A stretch of 64,000 nucleotides of DNA from Bacteroidota bacterium. Lineage in GTDB: Bacteria; Bacteroidota; Bacteroidia; UBA7662; CANHCV01. Shown piece by piece: positions 57,915 to 64,000 of the stretch. The stretch is from positions 12,893-76,892 of the forward strand of contig CANHCV010000004.1 in the NCBI GenBank assembly GCA_947459245.1. The letters are read 5' to 3'. The first letter of the stretch is position 1; each line of letters begins with the position of its first letter. The translations under genes were made by a program, and so were the position numbers. Below the pieces are notes generated by a model. It made no database searches and had not been told where the DNA came from. It saw only the letters and a program-made list of their open reading frames with translations.

Positions 57915-58694
57915 GTGCTCAAATTTATTTTTGGAATCATTGGTGCCGCAATTTTTAGAGGATTTACGGGATTCTTAATTGGTTATTTTGTTGGATATTT
58001 GATCGAAAGCTTTGCAACTGGTGACGATGAAACCAAGCAGGAGCGTAAAAGTGGCGGGAAATATTACCAGGGGATTCCCGATTTCGATTCGAGTTTATTG
58101 GTTTTGATGGCTTCGGTGATGAAAGCCGATGGGCGAGTGCTTCGAATAGAGTTGGAAGTGGCCAAAGAGTTTTTATTGCAGAGTTTCGGTGAAGAAAAAA
58201 GCAAGCAAATGTTGCTGCGGCTGCGGGAGTTCTTGAAGCAAGATATCGCGTTGCAGCCGGTTTGTCGTTCCATGGAAGCGAACCTGGCTTATGGAGCCCG
58301 CATTCAGTTGCTCCGTTTCCTGTTTCAAATGGCGGGCTCAGACGGAGAAATGACCGATGTAGAAGTGGTGCTGATTGAGAAAATTGCTCGTTACATGGGC
58401 ATCAATATTACCGATTATCAGCAAATTCGGAATCAGTTTAAAAATGCGTACCAAAACGGAGGCGGATTTCAGTCCTTCGGTGCGTCATCGTCCAAGGAGA
58501 ATTACGCCATGCTCGAATTGGATCCCAAGTGTTCCGATGAGGAGTTGAAAAAGCAATACCGGAAATTGGCCATGAAGTACCATCCCGATCGGATGGCCAA
58601 TATGCCTGAAGTCGCAAAAAATGAAGCGAATTTCAAGTTCGCAAAAATTAACGACGCATACGAGAAGATAAAAAAAGAGCGGGGCCTGATTTAA
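57915..58694 (+). CDS. djlA: DjlA-like co-chaperone (TM, TerB-like and J domains)
   Basis: KADG TerB-like motif, YRKLAMKYHPD J domain; TATCTTTG at 57891-57898. Confidence 0.85.
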   Translation: MLKFIFGIIGAAIFRGFTGFLIGYFVGYLIESFATGDDETKQERKSGGKYYQGIPDFDSSLLVLMASVMKADGRVLRIELEVAKEFLLQSFGEEKSKQMLLRLREFLKQDIALQPVCRSMEANLAYGARIQLLRFLFQMAGSDGEMTDVEVVLIEKIARYMGINITDYQQIRNQFKNAYQNGGGFQSFGASSSKENYAMLELDPKCSDEELKKQYRKLAMKYHPDRMANMPEVAKNEANFKFAKINDAYEKIKKERGLI

Positions 58695-58709
58695 GCCCCG
58701 CTCTTTTTT
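58671..58709. terminator. Bidirectional terminator overlapping the djlA 3' end
   Basis: Perfect 15-bp arms AAAAAAGAGCGGGGC / GCCCCGCTCTTTTTT with a 9-nt loop. Confidence 0.8.
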
Positions 58710-58710
58710 C

Positions 58711-58869
58711 TTACTTTCTCTTCACTTTAACCGTTGCCTTTTTACGGTCTTTCGAATCATCTTCCCATTTTTCATAATCGGAGTAATAATCCAAAAAATC
58801 TTCGGGTGATTCAAAAAGGTTTAATCCAACCCAAAATCCTTGTCCTTCTAAAAAATCAAATAACTTCAT
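58711..58869 (-). CDS. Small hypothetical protein, 52 aa (below the ORF-track cutoff)
   Basis: MKLFDFLEGQGFWVGLNLFESPEDFLDYYSDYEKWEDDSKDRKKATVKVKRK; TACTTTTG at 58892-58899, A-rich leader, terminator right after the stop. Confidence 0.7.
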   Translation of the reverse strand: MKLFDFLEGQGFWVGLNLFESPEDFLDYYSDYEKWEDDSKDRKKATVKVKRK

Positions 58870-59035
58870 GTCTTTGTTTGTTTGCTTAATTCAAAAGTAG
58901 AATTGCAATTTTTATTTAAATTTTTTCATAAGTTGATTTGATTTCATTGTGTTGAATAGATGGTTAATTTTGATTTTTTTTAGGGTTAAAGTTCTTTTTT
59001 GGCTCGTAATGGTGTATTTGTTCTTGTGGGGAAAT

Positions 59036-59064
59036 AAAAAAGCCCCGAATAATCGAGGCTTTTT
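59036..59064 (-). terminator. recA terminator
   Basis: Minus strand reads GCCTCGA-TTAT-TCGGGGC-T6. Confidence 0.8.
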
Positions 59065-59114
59065 GCAATTGAAAAGTTTAAAAAGTGGTGATTGGTCACA
59101 TGATTAAAAAATGA

Positions 59115-60137
59115 TTATCCTTCGTTTTCTTCAATCTTGTGGTCATGGATGTTGCTTTTTTCCATGATTTTGTGTTCGATTTCCTCGGCAAGTTCAGGAT
59201 TGTCCAAAAGCAATTGCTTCACGCTATCCCTGCCTTGGCCCAAACGGGTGTCTCCATAACTGTACCAAGATCCCGCTTTAGAAATGATGTTCATTTCTGT
59301 TCCCAGATCAATGATCTCACCAACTTTGGAAATACCTTCTCCATAGACAATGTCGAACTCGGTAACTCGGAAAGGAGGAGCCACTTTGTTTTTTACCACT
59401 TTCACCTTGGTGCGGTTACCGGTTACGTTGATGCCATCTTTCAATTGACCGATTCTGCGAATGTCAAGTCGAACGGAAGCATAGAACTTCAATGCGTTTC
59501 CTCCGGTGGTGGTTTCGGGATTCCCGAACATCACCCCAATTTTATCGCGAAGTTGGTTGATGAAAATGCATACGGTGCCGCTCTTCGCGATGGAACCTGT
59601 TAGCTTTCGCATGGCTTGCGACATCAATCGGGCGTGAAGACCCATGGTGCTATCGCCCATTTCGCCTTCAATTTCAGACTTCGGAACCAACGCTGCAACA
59701 GAATCTACCACGATCACGTCGATAGCTCCAGAACGAATAAGATTGTCGGCAATTTCTAAGGCTTGCTCCCCGTTATCGGGTTGCGAGATGAGGAGGTTTT
59801 CGGTGTCGATGCCCAAGGCTTCTGCGTATTTGGGGTCGAATGCGTGTTCAGCATCGATAAAGGCAGCCATGCCACCTTTCTTTTGGGACTCGGCAATCAC
59901 ATGTAAAGCGATCGTCGTTTTTCCCGATGATTCTGGTCCGTAAATTTCAATGATTCGTCCTTTAGGGAAACCACCAATGCCCAAGGCAAGATCCAAGCCC
60001 AATGAACCGGTGGGAATCACGTCCACGTCCACAACTTTGGCATCACCCATTTTCATCACAACGCCTTTCCCGAACGATTTTTCGAGCTTGTCCATGGTTA
60101 ACTTGAGAGCTTTGAGCTTCGCGGCTTTATCTTCCAT
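59115..60137 (-). CDS. recA: Recombinase RecA
   Basis: [20 protein letters not shown] and [14 protein letters not shown] motifs; TAATTTTG at 60161-60168. Confidence 0.98.
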   Translation of the reverse strand: MEDKAAKLKALKLTMDKLEKSFGKGVVMKMGDAKVVDVDVIPTGSLGLDLALGIGGFPKGRIIEIYGPESSGKTTIALHVIAESQKKGGMAAFIDAEHAFDPKYAEALGIDTENLLISQPDNGEQALEIADNLIRSGAIDVIVVDSVAALVPKSEIEGEMGDSTMGLHARLMSQAMRKLTGSIAKSGTVCIFINQLRDKIGVMFGNPETTTGGNALKFYASVRLDIRRIGQLKDGINVTGNRTKVKVVKNKVAPPFRVTEFDIVYGEGISKVGEIIDLGTEMNIISKAGSWYSYGDTRLGQGRDSVKQLLLDNPELAEEIEHKIMEKSNIHDHKIEENEG

Positions 60138-60308
60138 ATCGATATTTATTTGAGGTTTTACAAAATTAACTGCTTCCATCACTGTTTGGTTTTAAGTTTA
60201 TTACCTATTTATCAACGCAAATTTTCTACTTGAATGTGACATCTTGCGACTCATGATTTTATTTCATTCCTTTTCCTTTGGGTTAAATTTGCGTCTTACC
60301 TTTATTCT

Positions 60309-60950
60309 ATGAAAAGGATCTTCTTTTTTTTCCTATTGTTGCTGGGATTTTTCCCAACCATCAATGCCCAAAGTCAGCGTCGCCCGGTTCAATTCTCAGG
60401 GGTCGTGATCTCGTCGGATAGTCTCACGGAGCTTCCGTTTGTTACGGTTTACGTTAAAAATCGTCGTTCGGGTACCTTTGCCGATCAGCGAGGATTTTTC
60501 TCGATGGCGGTCATGACGGGAGATACCGTAGTTTTCTCGGCCTTGGGATTCAAAGATGCTCTTTTTGTGATTCCCGCTCAAACTTCGGAAGAAGCGATTT
60601 CGGTGATTCAGCGATTGGAGATCGATCCAGTGACCATGAAAGGGGTACAAATTTATCCATTTACCAAAGAGGAATTTAAAGACCTTTTTGTTCGAACCCG
60701 AATACCCGACGACATGCTTGCACGTGCGCAAAAGAATCTGAGTTTCAATCCGTACATCCCAACCTACGCCGACCCCCAAATGGTGGCCATCACGAACGCT
60801 GCGGCTTTCAAGGATTACCAATGGCGTCAAGGCTTTTATGCCGGCACCCAAAATGGGATGATTCCGATGCCCAACGGCTTGCCCATTCCAACCACGTTGT
60901 TGAGTCCTGCTGCGTGGTACAATCTGATTAAATCGCTCAAAAACAAATAA
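60309..60950 (+). CDS. Secreted protein with a carboxypeptidase-regulatory-like domain
   Basis: Signal peptide, then FSGVV...LPFVTV...GT..D..GFF...FSALGFK; TAAATTTG at 60284-60291. Confidence 0.8.
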   Translation: MKRIFFFFLLLLGFFPTINAQSQRRPVQFSGVVISSDSLTELPFVTVYVKNRRSGTFADQRGFFSMAVMTGDTVVFSALGFKDALFVIPAQTSEEAISVIQRLEIDPVTMKGVQIYPFTKEEFKDLFVRTRIPDDMLARAQKNLSFNPYIPTYADPQMVAITNAAAFKDYQWRQGFYAGTQNGMIPMPNGLPIPTTLLSPAAWYNLIKSLKNK

Positions 60951-60994
60951 CACAGCGCAAAGGTCTGCTCGCTAAAACCAGCTAGCCGTATATG

Positions 60995-61019
60995 AAACGT
61001 TTATAAACGTTTATAAACG
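60995..61019. repeat. Self-complementary 10-bp tandem repeat (AAACGTTTAT x2.5)
   Basis: 60998-61019, CGTTTATAAACGTTTATAAACG, is a perfect 22-bp palindrome. Confidence 0.85.
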
Positions 61020-61083
61020 GATAGGGCGCATTAATGTGATAATTTTGTGTTTGGTTGGAGGGTTGGAGGGGAATAATAAAGGA

Positions 61084-62181
61084 TCAAAATTCTACCAATT
61101 CGTAATGGGTGCTTCTTCCTCCCTTGGGGTCTTGGCAAAGGATTCCTTTTTCAATCAAATCCTTCAGGTCGCGAAGTGCCGTGTCGGAGGAGCATTTGGT
61201 CATTTTCGCCCATTTGGAAGATTGTAATTTCCCCTCAAATCCATCAAAGAGTTTATTGATCATCACCCTCTGCCGTTCATTCAGCCGGGTTGCTTCATGA
61301 ATTTTCCAAAATTCCGCCTTTTTAAGTAAATTCTTTAAGGTAGAAATGCTTTCCAATAATGCAGTTTTTAAACACTCTAAAAACCAGATGATCCAATCCG
61401 TTATGTCGCCCTGGCTGTGTTGAACCTGCTGCAAAATGGCATAATATTTTTTGCGTTCTACCAAAATTTGACTCGACATGCTGTAAAAACGTTCGGAAGA
61501 TTTATCGGCACGTGCCAACCAAAAATCGGAAATGGCACGGGCAATTCTTCCATTCCCGTCGTCAAATGGGTGGATAATGATGAACCAAAAATGAGCGATG
61601 GCCGATTTTATGACCGGATCCAATGCTTGTTCTTCATTCAACCAATTCAAAAAAAGCTCCATTTCTTTTTCAACACGGTTGGCTGGAACTGCTTCAAAAT
61701 GCACCTTTTCTTTACCCATAGCTCCAGAAACAATTTGCATTTCACCACTTCGGTAGCGACCTACCTCAATTTTGAGCATTCCACTGTACCTGGTTGGAAA
61801 AAGTGCGGCATGCCAGCCCAATAATCTATTTTTGGTAATCGGATTCCCATGGTTTTGGGTAGCATCCAATATCATATCCACCACTCCTTCTACATTTCTG
61901 GAAACCGAATCCAACCCCGCTACCGATAGCCCAAGACGTCTGCTAATGGATGATCGAACTTGATCGTAATCCAACTTTTCGCCTTCAATTTCCGATGAAC
62001 GAACGATGTCTAACGTTAGCGTTGCAAGATTGAACTCTTCTTTTTTTGCAAATCCTAGGGTACTCATCTGCCCCAATATCAATCCCTGTAAATGCCTTAC
62101 TTCACCAAAAATGGCGTTTATTTCGACTTCTTTCCAAGAGAATTGAGGCCAATCTTTCGAATCGTAAATGTATTTTGCCAA
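61084..62181 (-). CDS. Fic family protein (DUF4172-like N-terminus, C-terminal wHTH)
   Basis: WP.F.W, SSEIEG inhibitory motif, HPFDDGNGRIAR, DTALRDL...GGRST.Y. Confidence 0.92.
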   Translation of the reverse strand: MAKYIYDSKDWPQFSWKEVEINAIFGEVRHLQGLILGQMSTLGFAKKEEFNLATLTLDIVRSSEIEGEKLDYDQVRSSISRRLGLSVAGLDSVSRNVEGVVDMILDATQNHGNPITKNRLLGWHAALFPTRYSGMLKIEVGRYRSGEMQIVSGAMGKEKVHFEAVPANRVEKEMELFLNWLNEEQALDPVIKSAIAHFWFIIIHPFDDGNGRIARAISDFWLARADKSSERFYSMSSQILVERKKYYAILQQVQHSQGDITDWIIWFLECLKTALLESISTLKNLLKKAEFWKIHEATRLNERQRVMINKLFDGFEGKLQSSKWAKMTKCSSDTALRDLKDLIEKGILCQDPKGGRSTHYELVEF

Positions 62182-62197
62182 GGTGAAGATGAATTGA

Positions 62198-62259
62198 TGC
62201 GGTAAATATAACGATTATTCACCGCAAAAATGCGGTGAATATGAAAATTATTCGCCGTA
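62198..62259. promoter_or_regulatory. Array of ATTCACCGCA-like half-sites (putative operator) upstream of fic
   Basis: TATTCACCGCA-AAAA-TGCGGTGAATA (62216-62241), flanked by TGCGGTAAAT and ATTCGCCGTA. Confidence 0.65.
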
Positions 62260-62276
62260 AACCTTATTTTAATTCC

Positions 62277-63182
62277 TCAATGCCTCTCGCCCTTTACCAT
62301 GTCCAATGCGTGAAGGCAAGATGGGAACCATGCATGGAAATAATCGTTGGCGGCGCCCAAAGACCCCGGAATGCCTAATACCAACATCCCGCGGCTGATG
62401 CCCGCAATGGCCCGTCCCAACATGGCCGTGGGAATGCGCGCCTGCCCATACTGAAGTCCGTATTGAACCATCCCCGGCAACGATTCATCCATCAAATCCT
62501 CCAACGTAGAGTAGGTGAAGTCCCTCGGACCAACGCCCGTACCTCCCGAGAATAGAATGACCTGAATACCACAATCGTGCGCTCGTTCCACCTCGTTGCG
62601 AATGGCTTGGGAATCGTCGGCAATAACGCGGAGCGGTTCGGTTTTCATGCCCATTCCCCCCAATTTCTGCACCAAAAAAGTGCCACTCTGGTCTACTGCT
62701 TCCCCACGACTAATGCGGTCTGAACACACCACTACCTGAACGGAAATCTCTTTTAAATCTTTCTTTATCTGGCTTTTGCCGCCCGTTTTGCTCAGCAATC
62801 CAATGGAAGAAATTGTTACCTTGGAATCAATGGGCTTCAGCATATCGTACATGGTTAGCGCAACAATGGAGGCACCGGTCATGGCTTCCACTTCTACCCC
62901 CGTTTTGTAAACCGTATGCACTTCCACCAAAATGCGCACCTTCAATCCGTGAAATTCGTAATTCACCTGTGTAAATTCGATGGGAAGGGGGTGACAATCG
63001 GGAATTAAATCAGACGTACGCTTTACGCCAAAAAGTCCGGCTGTTCGGGCTACTTCCAAAACGTTTCCTTTGGGTACTGTGCCTTGTTGAATGGCTTCAA
63101 TGGTGGCTAAGGTACTCGCTTCGATCCACGCTTCTGCCGTGGCTTTGCGCAGGGTGCTGTTTTTATGGGTAATATCAACCAT
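62277..63182 (-). CDS. moaCB: Bifunctional molybdenum cofactor biosynthesis protein MoaC/MoaB
   Basis: MVDIT.K, LIPDCHPL and TGVEVEA (MoaC); SD, GGTGVGPRD and IPGS (MoaB/MogA). Confidence 0.92.
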   Translation of the reverse strand: MVDITHKNSTLRKATAEAWIEASTLATIEAIQQGTVPKGNVLEVARTAGLFGVKRTSDLIPDCHPLPIEFTQVNYEFHGLKVRILVEVHTVYKTGVEVEAMTGASIVALTMYDMLKPIDSKVTISSIGLLSKTGGKSQIKKDLKEISVQVVVCSDRISRGEAVDQSGTFLVQKLGGMGMKTEPLRVIADDSQAIRNEVERAHDCGIQVILFSGGTGVGPRDFTYSTLEDLMDESLPGMVQYGLQYGQARIPTAMLGRAIAGISRGMLVLGIPGSLGAANDYFHAWFPSCLHALDMVKGERH

Positions 63183-63615
63183 GATTTTCTTTCCAAAATG
63201 ATTTTTCTGCTGTTTTTTCCTCTCCCCAAATGGGGCATTTGGCTTTGATTTCGTTCACCAACCATTCGCAAGCTTCGAAAGATGCTTTCCGGTGAGGCGA
63301 GGAAACAAAAACAAAGAAACAAATTTCACCGGTTTTAATCTCCCCTAAACTGTGGTGGATGTGCAAACACGTAATGGCAAATTTCTGAAATGCTTCCTCC
63401 CGAATTTCGTGACAAATGCTCAAGGCCAACGATTCATTCGCAGTATAAATAATGGATGTAACGGGCAACCCCTCCTTTTCATCGGCTCGTACTTGACCCA
63501 AAAACAAGTCGTGTGCACCGATGGAAGTTTTGGTTTGGTGTTTAGCAATGCTATCTGCAATAAACGCAGGTGTGATGGGGCCTTGGGTAAAAATATTTTT
63601 GATCGATGCGCTCAT
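63175..63615 (-). CDS. moaE: Molybdopterin synthase catalytic subunit MoaE
   Basis: FLGQVR, HSLG, SSPHRKASF and IK...PIWG.E motifs; start moved to MSASIK (ATGA overlap). Confidence 0.9.
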   Translation of the reverse strand: MSASIKNIFTQGPITPAFIADSIAKHQTKTSIGAHDLFLGQVRADEKEGLPVTSIIYTANESLALSICHEIREEAFQKFAITCLHIHHSLGEIKTGEICFFVFVSSPHRKASFEACEWLVNEIKAKCPIWGEEKTAEKSFWKENHG

Positions 63616-64000
63616 AAAGGTATTTTTTGAAACTGAAAATCGGATAAATTTCCATGTAGAAGCGGGTTGGAGAGGGGATCTCTTCCATTTCCTAGAATTT
63701 CTAACGCTTGAATAACTTGCATTTGTGCCACCAATGCCGGAACCGGTGGGAGAACTCCTTGAATTTGGCAGCTTCCGCCTTCCGCGCCGGCCGATTCTCC
63801 AAACAGTTGGCGGAAAGAACGTCCACGGCTTGGATGGAAAACCCCCGTTTGAATCTCCGATTGAAAAATTCCAGCGAAAATCCAGGGAATACCCAATTCC
63901 TCGCAGGCTTCGTCCATCCAAACTCGGGCTGAAAAATCGTCGGTTCCATCCAAAACCATATCGCAGCCCGCTAAAAGTTCCAACCGATTTTCGGTGGTTA
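63612..64000 (-). CDS. moeB: MoeB/ThiF family adenylyltransferase, 3' part (runs off the window end)
   Basis: DMVLDGTDDF.AR and SC...GVL.P motifs; adjacent to moaE; frame open to the window edge. Confidence 0.85.
   Translation of the reverse strand, partial: TTENRLELLAGCDMVLDGTDDFSARVWMDEACEELGIPWIFAGIFQSEIQTGVFHPSRGRSFRQLFGESAGAEGGSCQIQGVLPPVPALVAQMQVIQALEILGNGRDPLSNPLLHGNLSDFQFQKIPL

Noticed and set aside
58900-59035. AT-rich tract as an oriC, dif site or ncRNA
   Set aside because: No DnaA-box cluster, XerCD-like dyad or stable structure seen; better explained as the upstream region of the 52-aa gene
60138-60308. SOS/LexA box in the recA promoter region
   Set aside because: No convincing palindrome is visible
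63616-63921. Apparent 102-aa N-terminal extension on MoaE
   Set aside because: It is an alternative frame of the moeB 3' end; the true start is the ATGA overlap at 63615

Overview
This window is a gene-dense stretch of mostly core chromosome from a Bacteroidota bacterium. The assignment rests on recurring TAnnTTTG -7 promoter elements, A-rich leaders with no Shine-Dalgarno sequence, and phylum-typical genes (Omp28-like, DUF6029-like, PD40-OmpA, MoaCB fusion). It holds about 64 CDSs and one tRNA-Pro(TGG): the end of a glycosyltransferase cluster, clpC-tatC-rpiB, tkt, serS, yicC-gmk, mutS, tadA-cdsA-psd, lemA-TPM-TPM-djlA, recA, a Fic gene and the end of a molybdopterin operon. I see no prophage, IS, CRISPR array or recognisable defence island. 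The best leads are: (1) a protein of the so-called Gcr 'site-specific recombinase' family whose C-terminal half matches formate-nitrite (FNT) channel motifs helix by helix; (2) a possible outer-membrane thiol-redox module (DUF6029-like barrel with C-x4-C, two Omp28-like CxxC lipoproteins, a TlpA); (3) a di-heme c lipoprotein coupled to an orphan MoxR; (4) GIY-YIG-like motifs in DUF2797; (5) a 52-aa gene absent from the ORF track with its own promoter and terminator. All family assignments come from recognising motifs by eye, not from database searches.
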